Assembly: GCF_018350175.1 (NCBI RefSeq)
Contig: NC_058368.1
Location: forward strand, 156,862,001 to 156,926,000
DNA: 64,000 bases
Direction: 5' to 3'
Source of the DNA: Felis catus
Taxonomy: Eukaryota
Each line of letters starts with the position of its first letter. Positions within the stretch are counted from its first letter, which is position 1. Below are positions 13,916 to 27,480 of the stretch, in pieces. A model generated the notes under the pieces. That model had not been told where the DNA came from, did no database searches, and saw only the letters and a program-made list of their open reading frames with translations. A program made the position numbers and the translations under genes.

Positions 13916-14111
13916 TTTTTTTTTTTTTTTTTTTTTTTTTAGGGAGAGAGTACGCAAGCAAGGGAGACGGGCAGAGAGAAAGACAATCTTAAACAGGCTC
14001 CATGCTCAGCATGGAGCCTGATGTTAGGGCTCAATCCCACATCCCTGGGATCATGACCTGAGTGGAAATCCAGAGTTGGATAATCAATGAACTAAGCCAC
14101 ACAGGCACCTC
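13916..14111 (-). mobile_element. CAN-SINE (older subfamily)
   Basis: Poly(T) followed by a reversed SINEC body. Confidence 0.9.
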
Positions 14112-15044
14112 TAGCAGTGACTTTTTTTAAACCAGCCTAAGGCCCCCATTATTCTTAAACTATGCTCAGTTTTATTAAGTTTACTTTTTATTCCCTCACT
14201 TTTAAAAAAAACTGAGAGTATCAAAACAGAGAAACTTAAAAAAAGACCTTCATATTGATGCTAAATTATTGATTACTGGATTTTGATTTTGGCATGACAG
14301 CTAAATGAGTTCCTAACCATTGTATATTTCAAAGCAGTTTTCCCACATTCACTAGTAAGAAAATTATGTAATTCCAATCGAAATCTTCATTTCAAATATA
14401 TTGCTTTTCTTCCTTCCCCCTTATCTACAGGGCTATAGTTTGTTACTGAGGAAATTAAACTGCACAAGAACAAGTTGTTTTTCACAAAGCCCACTTTAAG
14501 ATTTAATATTCTGTAATATCAATGATTATATCTGCACAAGCAAATCAATTCATCAATTTGAAAGTATCTAACAAAACATAAAAGGTGTATAACCTATATA
14601 ATAGAGCAAACTGCTCAGTTGCAAAATGAAGCACGCCCAAAAAGGTTCAATGCACAGTATAGGTTTAAGAGCAAAAGCTGGAAGCAAAATAAATAATCAT
14701 CCATCAGGCAATATTTAAATAGAGATCCTGTGTGGCAGTTAAAAACAATGAGGTAAATCTTTATGGACTAACGTAATAAGATCTCCAGGACACACTGATG
14801 AAAAGAATCAAGTTGTGCAATACGTGTAGTAAGACACCAGTTATGTAGAAATATCACACACTCACATGCAGTCACATAAGTATTTATGTAGAGCTCTATC
14901 TATCTACATAGATATTACAAACACATAGTGTATTTACATAGATATGTAACACCTAGAGATTAGGGTTAGGGAAGTATTCAAAGGAACCTCTACCCATCCC
15001 ATTTATTTATTTCTATAAAAGTAATGAATTTCTTCTTTTTAATG

Positions 15045-15250
15045 TTTTTTTTAATGTTTATTAGTTTTGAAATAGAGACGGAGCATGAGTGTGGGAGGGC
15101 CTGAAAGAGAGGAAGACACAGAATCCTAAGCAGGCTCCAGGCTCCAAGCTGTCAGCACACAGCCCTATGCAGGGCTCAAACCCATGGACCAAGAGATCAT
15201 GACCTGAGCCGAAGTCAGATGCTCAACCCACCGAGCCATCCAGGCGCCCC
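15045..15250 (-). mobile_element. CAN-SINE
   Basis: Reversed SINEC body ending caggcgcccc. Confidence 0.95.
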
Positions 15251-15679
15251 TAAAAATAACGAATTTCTACATTACTTGTATAATTAAAAAGAAAATAGTA
15301 TGTTTTTAAAATTTTATACAAAAAATTAAGTATACTTTCCATTTATCATAAATTAATTTACTGCGTTTCATTTTTAACCAACTTATTAAGGGTAACTAGT
15401 CTGTAATTTTTAGAGTTTTAGACTTTGACAAATGGAGGAGGCTCTGTATAGGTGAGGTAGGGAGTATATGGGAAATCTCTCTACTTCTCTCAATTTTGCT
15501 GTAAATCCAAAACTGTTTTTAATGACAATTACAACAACAACAAAACCCAAAGGGCATAAAATGAAAAGCTTTCGTATCCACCACCTACTCCAGTTTCCTT
15601 TTCCAGAAACTGTGAATAGGATAGTTATTGTTATTGCTTTTCCCCCTATTTTTTCTGATAGTTAATTGAAGATATTGCT

Positions 15680-17000
15680 ATTTTGAGTTCTATCCTCAGA
15701 TTCTAGGATGAAAAGTTTCATTCATATTTCTAGCATTCCTTGGTAGGTAAACCATTTATTTTCACATGGAAGATTTTCAGATTTTCTCTTATTCTTGGAG
15801 TTATGGAATTTCTCCTAGGAAGTATCCAAATTAATGCCTCGTGTTTTATTTTTCACTTGTCTTGTTTGATAAGTACTTACTGGACTTCTTCAAAATTAAG
15901 TACTAATCTTTCTTAAGCCTGAATGAATTTTCTTCTACTAATTCTTTGATTACTTCCCCTGTTCTACTGCTCCTATTCTCCATTCTGGAATCCTAGGCTA
16001 ATGTTCAGTTAGCATCAATTGTGACTAGATAGTTTCCATTTTGATCAATCTATGCCTATGCCACACTAGTGGTTAGATATTTTGAATGGTAACTTCAATT
16101 GGATTTATTCTTTAGTTCCTTAAGGACTTTTGTCTCAGATTTTCCATTTCTGTGATATGTTTCTGTAGTGGACAGAATTGTAGATCCCAAAAGAAATGTC
16201 CACCTGGAACCTCAGAATACAAACTTATTTTGAAAAGGGGTCTTTGCAAATGTAATTAAGGTAAAGATGAGACTAATCTGGATAAGTGTGGGTCCCAAAT
16301 TCAATGGCAATTCCTTAGAGAAGAGAAACATGTACACAGGCACGGGGGGGGAGGTTTTGTGAAGACGGAGGCAGAGGATGGAATGATGAATCTATAAGTC
16401 ATGGCACACCAAGAATTGCCAGCAGCCACCAGAAGCTAGGAGAAGAGACATGTGGAAGCCTCCAGAAGGAACCAACCCTGCTGACACCTTGATCTCAAAT
16501 TCCTGGCTTCTAGAACTGTGAGGGAATAAAATTCTGTTGCTTTAGCAATGACTTTGTGATAATTTGTTCTTAGGGCAAATACAGTTTCCTTGGCTTTATC
16601 TTTCATATTCTTACCTTATTTTCAACAATAAATAACTTGTGATTTACTCAATTCAAATTTTATTGTAATTTATGTCCATATATTTAAATTTCCAGGTTAT
16701 TTTCTTAATTTTAGCATATCATGTTTGTCTTACTTTGTGGAAACAAACAAAAAAACCCATAGAGGATATTAATTGAATAATCTTAATTTCTATATTGTTC
16801 CCTAAGTTATCTTTTTTGTTCTGGAACTGTTTCTACTGATTCATCTTTCATTTTGCTGGTTTTTCAAGTATATCCTAATATTCTGTCTCCATTTATGTTT
16901 ATGAAGCACAGAATCTACTGGTTAGCATAAATAAGAGGCTTAAATTTCTTCTATGTGGTATGTTTTCCCAGTTTGCCTCCTCTTTGTGCCCATGTGTACA
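15680..17000 (-). mobile_element. Probable very old L1 fragment (antisense), interrupted by MLT1
   Basis: T-rich degenerate sequence resembling reversed L1 ORF1 (agattttctcttattcttggagttatggaattt; ttctccattctggaatcc). Confidence 0.45.
16165..16582 (+). mobile_element. MaLR solo LTR (MLT1B/C-like)
   Basis: tgtagtggacagaattg ... tgtgaagacggaggcagag ... gccagcagccaccagaagctagg ... aataaaattctgttg ... aataca, with TG...CA ends. Confidence 0.9.
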
Positions 17001-17212
17001 TGCCATGTATGTGCATGTATGTTGGGGCAAAGGGAAGCTGACACATGTACTTAGGCTGCCATCTTGAACTGGAAGTCCCTATCAACTACTTCACATTATC
17101 TTATTTATTTTAATTACTCTAATAAATTATAAATTTCTGCAGAATAGTGATTTCTGATTTTACTTACATCTGTAGAAATTAGTATAAACGCACATTTTAA
17201 AAATTAATTGAA

Positions 17213-17416
17213 GGGACGCCTGGGTGGGCGCCGTCAGTTAAACGTCAGACTCTTGATTTTGGCTCAGGTCATGATCTCATCCTTCCTGAGATGGAGCCAC
17301 AAGTGGGGCTCAGCTCTGATAGCGGATATTCTAGCTCTCCCTCTCTCTCTCTGCCCTCCCCCCCCACTTGCTCACTTGCACTCTCTCTTTCTCTCTCAAA
17401 ATAAATAAACTTTAAA
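17213..17416 (+). mobile_element. CAN-SINE
   Basis: gggacgcctgggtgg head, CT tract, aaataaataaa tail. Confidence 0.9.
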
Positions 17417-17430
17417 AGATTAATTGCATT

Positions 17431-17650
17431 GGGGCACCTGGGTGGCTCAGTCGGTTAAGTCCAGTATCAGCTCGGGTCATGATCTCGTGGTTCATGAGTT
17501 TGAGCCCCACATCTGGCTCTGTGCTGACAGTTCAGAGCCTGGAGCCTGCTTCAGATTCTGTGTCTCCCTCTCTCTCTGCCCCTAACCCACTCATATTGTC
17601 TCTGTCTCTCAAAAATAAATAAAACATTTTAAAAAATTAAAAAAAATAAA
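17431..17650 (+). mobile_element. CAN-SINE (adjacent to the previous copy)
   Basis: ggggcacctgggtggctcagtcggttaag head, A tail. Confidence 0.95.
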
Positions 17651-18348
17651 GGGTTAATTGCATAAATGAATTGGTGAGTATGTGAATGAGTGACTGAAAG
17701 AAAACTATTAAAACAATGTTAAAAGCTAATCTACCCAAGTGAAGGAAAAACTCAATATTTTCCCTATTTGAGAACAAAAGTGGCAGAAATGAATTGTGAC
17801 TTAATATACAGGCAAGGAAAAATCATTAATCTTCAGCTTTCAATTAATATGCCATCTTATTAAAAAATATATTTCACTGGATCAGACAGCTCACAATCTC
17901 TTTTCTGCTGAAGGATATTTAATATTTATCATTTTAGATCTTTCATGTTAAGGACTCATTTTTATTAGATTTTTGCAAATGCACTGATTACTAATTATAC
18001 AAACCGATATACATTGGTTTGTACTTTGTAAATGCATTCCTGCTTATGCAAATTACTGAGTTTTGCATTTAAAAATCACATGACAGATTAAACAGAATTA
18101 TCTGTGAGGGCTCTGTGATCTTTGTGTCTTGAATTCAAAATTGGACATTTTCCAAATTGAAAAAAGTCTTTTAAATAGTGACTCAAAGTCAAGTTCTTCC
18201 ATTCCTTTAGGACTTACAGCCCTACAAGCCAAAAGTGGAAAAAATGAAGAGGATTAGCTTTTTTGAAAGGAGACATTTAAGCTGGTCTTAGATAATTTGA
18301 CAGAATTCAAATTCTGCCCAAAGAAAGGGCATTCCCGGCAGAGTAAGG

Positions 18349-18590
18349 TCCTGAGAAACTTAACACAAGACCATGGGGGAGGGGAAGGAGGAAAAAAAAA
18401 AGTTACAGAGAGGGAAGGAGGCAAACCCTAAGAGACTCTTAAATACTGAGAACAAACTGAGGGTGGATGGTGGGTGGGGGAGAGGGGAAAGTGGGTCATG
18501 GGCACTGAGGAGGGCACCTGTTGGGATGAGCACTGGGTGTTGTATGGAAACCAATTTGACAATCAAGTCTATTTAATATAAAAAAAAAAT
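18349..18590 (+). mobile_element. Short 5'-truncated felid L1 (3'UTR plus poly(A) only)
   Basis: Homologous to 421-660 and 56160-56400 (tcctgagaaacttaac ... gggatgagcactgggtgttgtatggaaacc). Confidence 0.93.
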
Positions 18591-21000
18591 CAACAAACCA
18601 GTATTAAAAGGAAGCAAACTTACCACAGTAAAGGGCATTTATAAAAAACCCATAGCTAGCACCATACTTAAGGTGAAAGACTGAATACTTTTTCCCTAAG
18701 ATCAGAAACAAGCAAGGATATTTTCTTCTTTACTTCTATTCAGCATTGCACTAGAGATTCTTGCCAGAACAATTAACAAGAAAATAAAATAAAAAGCATC
18801 CAGGTTAGAAAAGAAGTAGTGAAACAATCTTAATTTGTAGATGACATGAATTTAAATATAGAAAGTCCTAAGGAACTCACTGCAAAACTATTAAAACTAA
18901 TAAGTTCAGCAAGGTTTTGGGATACAAGATTAATATTTAAAAATCAATTGAATTTCTGTCCAGTAGCAATGAGTAAATGACAAATTAAATTAAGAAAATA
19001 GTACCATTTACAATAACATCAAAAAGAATAAAATACTTAGGAATAAACACAAAATAAATGCAAAATATATACTGTGGAAACTATAAACCATTGTTGAAAG
19101 AAATTAAGGAGACCTAAATAAATAGAAGATATCTCATATTCAGGGATCTGAAGACGTGGTATTGTGAAGATGGCAGTACATCTCCAATTGGTCTAGAGAT
19201 CCAGTACCATGTCTATCAGAATCCCAGTTAGCTTCTTTGCAAACAAGTGATAAGCTAATCCTAAAATTCACATGAAAATTCAAATAAATTAAAATAACCA
19301 CACAATTTCGACAAAGAAGAAACACGAAGTACTCACACTTCCTAATATCAAAATTTGCTACCAAGTTGCAGTAATCAAGATAGTGTAGTACTATTATAAT
19401 AGAAATACAGTTAAATGGGATAGAATTGAGATTTTAGAGATAAACCTTCACATTTGTGGTCAATTTATTTTTGATACGGGGGAAAAATAGTCAACAAATG
19501 GTGCAGGGACAGTCACATATCTACAGACAAAGAATAAAACTGTACCCCTACCTCATACTATATACAAAAATTAACTCAAAATAGATCAAATACCTAAATG
19601 TAAGAGCTAAAACCATAAAACTTTTAGAAGAAAACACAGATATAAATCTTCATGACATTAGATTAGGCAATGGTTTCTTAGATAGGACATCAAAAGCACA
19701 AGCAACAAAAGAAAAATAATTGTACTTCATCAAATTTAAAATATTTTGTGTTTGAAAAATATGCCATCAGGAAAGTGAAAAGAAAACACACAACAAAGGA
19801 AAAAATATTTACAAATCATATGGCTTTTTTTTTAACGTTTATTTTATTTTTGAGAGAGCAAAAGCGGGGGGGGGGGGGCGGGGCAGAGAGAGAGGGAACT
19901 AGAGAATCCAAAGTGGGCTCTGTGCTGACAGCAGAGAACCTGATGTGGGGCTCAAAGTCAAGAACCCTGAGACTGTGACCTGAACTGAAACCAAGAGTTG
20001 GATGCTTCACCGACTGAATCACCTAGGTGCCCCTAAAAGTCATGTTTTATAAGGAACTGTGTCTAGAATATATATTAAAAAAAACTTTACCACTCAATAA
20101 TAAAAACTAATAAAAAGACAGTGAGCCAATTAAAAATAGGCAAAGGATCTGCAAATCCTTTATAAACAATATATACAAATGGCCAATAAGCACATGAAAA
20201 GAGGTGTAATATCATTATCCATAACAGAAATGCAAATCAAAACCATACAAAATGCCGTTTAACACCCACTAAAGTGGCTATAATCAAGAAGACAAATAAT
20301 AACAAATTTTAGCAACAATGTGGAGAAAGTAGAATCCTCATACGCTACTGGTGGGAATGTAAAATGATGCATCACTTTGGGAAACTGGGAATTTCTCAAA
20401 AGTTTAAACAGAGATACCATATGACCCAGAAATTCTACTTCTAGTCGTATACCATAGAAAAATGAAAACATATGTACAAATGAACACAAATGTTCAGAGT
20501 GACATTATTCATAATAGCCAAATAGTAGAAACAACCCAAATGCTGATCACTTAATGAATGGATAAGTAAAATGTGATATATCCATACAATGGAATATTAT
20601 TTGGTAATAAAAATTAATGAAATACTGATACATGCTACAACATGGAGAAATCTTGAAAACATTATGCTAAGTGAAAGATGCCAGACACAAAAGACATGGA
20701 ATATTGTATATTCCATTTATATGAAATAGTGAATAAATAATAAATAATTCCATTTATATGAAAGTTCAGAATAGGGAAATCTATACTAAGAAAATGTAGA
20801 TTGGTGGCTGCCTAGGGCTCAGAAGATTGGAATGAAATGGGGAATGAGTGATAATTGGTACAGGATTTCTTTTGAAGGTGATAAAAATGTTCCCAAATTA
20901 AAATAGTTGGACAACTCTGAGTCTATTAAAACCACTGAATTGTACACTTAAAATGGATATGTGGATTATATCTCAATGAAGCTGTTATAAGAAAAAAACA
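18591..21000 (+). mobile_element. Old LINE-1 (L1MB-like): ORF2 RT/C-terminal region and 3'UTR, interrupted by a SINE
   Basis: Degenerate RT motif (tttgtagatgacatg, FVDD-like), ccatatgacccagaaattc, and an L1MB-type 3'UTR. Confidence 0.9.
19825..20034 (-). mobile_element. CAN-SINE
   Basis: Reversed SINEC body. Confidence 0.93.
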
Positions 21001-22239
21001 TTAGGAGAATCCCTAATTACTCAGTATCATGGGATTATAGAAATAAAAGAACATTCATATCCTTAATTGTAAAGATTACAAGACACTTGGAGGGTTTTAC
21101 ATTAGGTCATAGAATTTGAATAGTATCTACATTTACAATTTAATTATTTAATTTACTAAATGTTGATATATTTTGATTTCAGGAATCTCTTCACTATATA
21201 CATCAAATTACATATTTAAACCCACTGACATATGGACATCCTATTATCTCTATCTAATAGACCAATGAGTCTCAGCTTTTTTCTTTTCCACTAATTCTAA
21301 CACACTGAAAAATCTGGCCAATTACCATCAGAAACATTCCTCAAGGCAACAGCAGTAGGGAGTAGAGAATATGCTTCTAGAATATGGGAGGAAGATAGAT
21401 TTTTGACAACTTCCAGGCTGAAATATATATTTTGCAAGTTTGCTCCCCTCAAATTCTGAAAAACACATGTAGGGAACTATGTGCATTCTGATCTAATAAG
21501 AATCACTGTAGGGATGATATTTAAAGGTTTCTGCACATTCTTCAGAAGGCTATTTAAATATCTCTGCAAATTCTGATTAACCTGATCAGAGTTTAAACAA
21601 AATGAAGTAGGTCGGGAGTAGTAAAACTGAAGTACACTGAGGTCTACAATATGAATAATGAGCTTTGTCAGAGTGAGAGAGTGATTGGGAGGGGTAAATG
21701 CAAATTCTCATAAAACTGCCTGGTAAACACACATAAATACAAAGACTGTAGACTAGTATATGCCCAGATCCTGAAAAGAATTCTTAACATACAGTAAATG
21801 CTCAACAAATATGTACTGAATACATTACTAAAAATATGATTGAGCAGGAGAGAGAAGGTGTGAGAGAAGAAGAATGAAAGTTAAAAAGAGAAAGAAAAAA
21901 ATCTAATGATCAGAAAACCTGGGGAGATGGAAGAGACAGGAAAAACAACCCCAAGATTTTGCTACATAAAGTAAGCCATGGAATCACTTTCTAACACATC
22001 CAAAACTCTGAGGTTATTTCATTTAGCAGATGAGGAAACTTAGACTTTGAGAATTTAAATAACATGAGTAGCACCATACAAGTGGAGGAACTGAAACTTC
22101 AGCCAGTCCTAAACGCATACATCTATAATGGATGTCAGAGCAAAGACCATAGACTAAGACACAGAATAGGTACCAAACCTGTTCATCTTGACTCTTTCCT
22201 AAAAAATAAAAAAATCTAAAAAGCACTTATTGCCCTTAC

Positions 22240-23260
22240 CTGGAATGTTCCCGCTTACCTAAAAATTACTTTCTTGTAAGGCACCAATGATATATGAATC
22301 AGAAAAATCAATGAGCTCTCAAGTTCCAGTCTGCTTTTCCAGTCTATAGCATTCATCATTGTGGGCCATTCCTTCTTTCTTTTCGTGACATTGTTCTGTG
22401 TCATCTCCTCTTTGCCATGACCAAAATGGAATTTTTTTATCTTCATCCACTGTCTTCCAAAATTCCAAAATTCCCATCTTTAGCTAAGGTCATCACCATT
22501 CTCCCAGTGACTAAGTCAAAATGCTGAAAAGAAAAATTTTTGACTTCCCTCTTTTCCCCTTCACCTTCATGGCCAATTAGCCATCAAATCCCCACTATGT
22601 TACTCAAAAATTCATTACCACTGGACCTTCTCACTTCAATCCACTGTCTCTCTTTGAACTATCTGTAGCTTTCCAAGAAATCTCTCTCCCTGGACCCCTC
22701 TCCCTTCCTTCTTTCTCTTTCTCACCTAAATCTTTCCTACTGACATCAGAGTTACTGTCCTTAAAGATTATTCATCTACTCAAAAGCCTTCAGAGAATCC
22801 CCATTATTCACAGAATGAAGTCCAAATTCTTCAGCATAGTCTTCAAGCCCTTTCTTGGTCTGGCCTCAATTTACCAAAAACATGGACCATGTGATGCTTC
22901 CAAATATATCTGAGACTCATCAATGGCCACACCTTAATTCATGCTAGGCAACTTCACCACCAATCCACAGTTAGAATGCCCCCACCTCTGTCCTAATTAT
23001 CTTTCAAGGTCCTGTTTAAACTTCCCTCTGGGAAGCTCCTTTTAATATCACCTCTACTCTAAAGCCTCAGTCAAAATTAATGCTGTATTTTTTAATAGTC
23101 TATTTTGTTTACCCCTCTTAACCATTTTACCCATACTTATTCATACCATAGTCACCAAATATAGGTATTTCCTCATTAAATTACAATCTCTCAATTTTTT
23201 TGATTGCACATAGTTCTTAGCATATAAATGCTTCATAAATGTTTACTGAATTGTGGAATC
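22240..23260 (+). mobile_element. LINE-2 fragments
   Basis: catcaccattctcccagt; ctcaaaagccttcag ... cagaatgaagtccaaattcttcagcatag; 3' end aaatgtttactgaat. Confidence 0.65.
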
Positions 23261-26200
23261 ACCAAGCAAAAATCACTTAAATTAAAAAATAAGCATTTAG
23301 CTGACAGGTAGCTTGTGATATACAACATTAAATTGACTTCTGGCAAAAAAAAAAAGTATATTTTTTACTGTTATTGCTAGATAAAATGCCTTGTAAAGAA
23401 GTTATAAGGAAATACACATTTTAATAGAAATTCTTAATTTAAGGTTAAATTATAGTTATAAAGCAAACAAAATAGTTTCTTTTTTTTTATTATAGTACAA
23501 AAAAAAATGTAGCCATCTTTGTTCTATTTGTAGATCCATGTATAATTGGAATGAGCTCTGTAAGGAGTACACAAGCTTGAGGGGGTAAAGGAATTCTGGT
23601 TATGATGCTGTTTCTATTCAAAATTTGTAGTTGTAACTTTAAGCTACAACCAGTAGTATGTTCTAGAAGCTTGACTCCGTATGCTCAATTTCCCTCAGTG
23701 ACCTGCAACTTCTGATTCATGTGCTCAGAGATGTTTTCTAGACCTGCTACAGATCCCATAAATGTGAATTAAAATCCTTCTATTTTTGCCACTTTGATGC
23801 TGTATAGGACTGAGTTTTTAAACAAACAAAATGAGGTCAGAAAAAAAAAATAGTTGTGCTATGCTAACTTCTCCCTTTGCCAAAAGAGCATAAGAAAATA
23901 TCTTAGCAGTGGATGAAAATGAGAAAGCACAAAACATCAAAGAGGAACATCCTGTCCTGTACATATCTGAATCTCAAATGTAAACAAATTTAGTTAGTAC
24001 CAGTTTGAAGGGGGCGGGGGGAGACTAATCGAAATCACTAATTGCCAGTAGACTGTGGCCATCTGGAGAATCAAAACCCTCTGCTGTATCAAATGATATT
24101 ATAAGGTATTGCTACACAAAAAAAGTGAATAAACTGTCTCTGATTTGTTAATTTTCTCATCAAGAAATATAAAGTTATGAATTTCTAACATAACACTGGC
24201 ATAAATTTCATAAATTTCCTTTTAGTCAATCACCATTTGGATCATCTCTACTAATTACTTACCACTAGAGAAAAACTAATACTCCAATGAAGTAATTCAT
24301 GTTAAATTATCTATTGTAAATTACACAGCAGATTTTCTTTGAATTACAAGGAGTTTGCTGGTTTGAGATTACTTTTATTTTTAGTGTTTTTCTCAGAGAA
24401 ATAATGTATTATTCATCTATTTGTCCACTTTCCAAATCACATATGATTTTTAAAATAACAAACCACATGGTTACAAAAAATTTTTCTCTATGTATAAGAA
24501 TTTTTAAATCTTCACGTGGAAAACCAATCTCTTTTTCCTATTAAAAAGAAATCTAAACATGCCTAACCATATCATTCAGAAATTTCTCTGAATGCAAAGT
24601 ACATAACTATACTATTTGCTCTCTAATCTAAAAATTGATTTTCTTTGATGCTTAATTAATTCTCTATACAAATGCACATTAATTTTTAAGGATCATTTCA
24701 GAAGATGTAATGAAACTAACAAAAATAAAAACCACAAAAGTAAATGTGAAAAAAAGAGCTAACTTTGATAATATTTTATTTCATATATTACTTCTAGGGA
24801 AGATAATTATCACACAATAATCTATGTTTAGTAAATGACAATAAATTTTAATTTTAATTAAAAAAAAAACTAAAAATCTCCAGCAAAGTGCTTTAAAGTT
24901 CTACAAACACACCATACTACAAGTGGGTACTCAATATAGCAGTTATCTCTAAATAAAAGAGTTATAATACTATAGACTCGAGGACTATAAACCAAGCAGT
25001 GTGACAATACCTTCTCTTGTAATTACTGCTTACTTTGCAGCATCCCTAGATTCACTCTGATAAACCACTTAAGGTCAAGTTTGGCTGGTTAGGCAATTCT
25101 GATCTGACAGACCAAGGAGGTGATTGTGATATCTGTGGTAAGACCAAAGTCTCAGAACAATAGAGAAGGTAGTGCATGAGCATGGTTTTATGGTCTTTTT
25201 ACTAAACATACTTCTGACTGGTCCCTATAGAACCTTCTAACTTTACCCCCAAAATGTGGAAAATTCACTTATATACTTCCTATCCTATGTTATTAGAGCT
25301 TACAAGATTGGATGAATTGTAATAATTACTTGTACTAATATGTAAATAATAGTACATTAGGACAATCTGCATGAATTCCAGAGATGACACAGGCTTTCAT
25401 TTTTAAAAAGACTTCACTATCAATCCTCCAATTTTCAAACAGGAGTAATAATGCTTACTATGCAAGAACAAGATAATTGGAATGAATGGTTGCACTAATT
25501 TTATATTGTCATTTAAAAAGTTATAATGTATCAATAGTGCCTCCTCTTTTTAATGTAATCTCATCCCTCTAACAGGAACATACAGGAATATTTTTCAAAT
25601 ATATTTCTTTGTTAAGCATAAGTGATAGCAAGAGAGAGAGAAACCCATACATACCAGTCTAAGAAAAGAAAATTTACTGAAAGGACACTAGATTTTCACT
25701 GAAGGAAAGGGAAGTTGAGCCAAACCTCTAAGAACTGGAAACTTTGATGTCTTTGGTGTGACACCTTCCCATTTGCTTCTTTTTGCACTCTTTGTCTATA
25801 TAGAACAGCTTCCTCTGCTTTTTCCTGGTTTATGGCCTCTTCTCTCCCCTATCTGCTTGTCAATGACCTTATTTCCAGATAGCTTGGTAGTTTTGTTACT
25901 GGAAGATAAACTATGAAGACTCTCAGAAACCCTTAAATTCTCAAGAGAAAATATACTTGGTTCAGATAATCTGTTCTGAATGAACTTCCTCTGACTCAGG
26001 TGGTCTATGAATAAAGAGACATGTGTGGAGGAACCAACATGGAAGCCTAGGCCTAACCCTTGAGCAAGAGCTTTGGGCCATTTCCACGAGAGTTGATGAG
26101 CAGGGGACAATTCAATTTAATCTGATTAAGTAAATATACAAGTATTTTCTATGTTTTAGGAAGGTGATAAAATACAAATTACCCTAAAAACTTAGAAAAT

Positions 26201-26423
26201 TCAAGGTAGCCTCAAAGATAATGAGTATAGAAATGGAAAATGCATATTAAATAGCTATTGATGGAGGCTACATTTAGAGATGAGTTTCCTTCTTTTATAG
26301 ACCTTAAGAATTAGAGATTCTCTTGGGACTAGAATTCGGAATGCTTTATGCTCTCCATAATGCTATATAACAATCAGATCTGAGTATCTGACATAATTCT
26401 CTCCATCCATTCTACTTTTTAAA

Positions 26424-26637
26424 TTTTTTTTTTCAACGTTTATTTATTTTTGGGACAGAGAGAGACAGAGCATGAATGGGGGAGGGGCAGAGAGAGAGGG
26501 AGACACAGAATCGGAAATAGGCTCCAGGCTCTGAGCCATCAGCCCAGAGCCTGACGCAGGGCTCGAACTCACGGACCGCGAGATCGTGACCTGAGCTGAA
26601 GTCAGACGCTTAACCGACTGCGCCACCCAGGCGCCCC
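26424..26637 (-). mobile_element. Young felid CAN-SINE with TSD
   Basis: CpG-rich reversed body; attctactttttaaa on both sides. Confidence 0.97.
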
Positions 26638-26999
26638 TATTCTACTTTTTAAAGAAACACCTCGAAGATTTTCCAAACATCTCAGCTCATGCAAGTCTGG
26701 TGTCCTAATTGCCTCTTTGCCCACAACCATAATCACACTCTTATGTACCACGATCACTTCCAGTCTGGGGATTTTATCACTTCTGCTTAGAATTCCTACC
26801 ATGACTTTATTTTCCTCCAAATTATAACTAAACTTCAAAACTCATCTTCAATTCTCACATCCTCATGATACACTCTTTGATCAATCCAATTAACTGATAA
26901 CTTCTTATATCTAATTTGTTAAATGTGGTGACAGAGAAATAAAGAAATATGAATAGATTTGAGAATTATTTCAGGTAACATTAATGATGGACGGACTAA

Positions 27000-27480
27000 T
27001 TTCCAATCATTTCCATCATCCTTTCTAAGAGAATGTCAATTTGGGGAATCAGGAATAGTAATGTTCTCATCTCTAAAACAATAACCACCTTCTCTGGCAG
27101 GCAGAAGATGTCCTGCAATACAATTCTGGTCAATGAGATATAAATAGATTGAGCAGTTTTTCAAAAAGGGAGTAAACTCATGCTAACTTAGCATGAGACC
27201 TTTTACTTTTTCCCTTCTTTTCTTTCTGCCTGGAATATGGATGTGATGTTGGAGATTTGTCAGCTGCCTTATGACCATAATACCACAAAGAAAAGGGCGA
27301 GGGATTTGTAGGACCTAAACCCTGGAATCCTTGAGCCAGCAACTGCCTACCTCCCAGCTTTTAGTTTGGTGAGCAAAATAACATTTCTAAAATATTTAAG
27401 CTGCTGGGTGGTTCTTTGGTTGGGGAAGGGGGTTTGTTGGAGGGGTCTGTTATGTGGAGAACACAGTTCCTCACTGATTC
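27000..27480 (+). mobile_element. Old MaLR LTR (MLT1J/K-like)
   Basis: caattctggtcaatgagatataa; ttctgcctggaatatggatgtgatgttggag; cagctgccttatgaccat. Confidence 0.65.
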
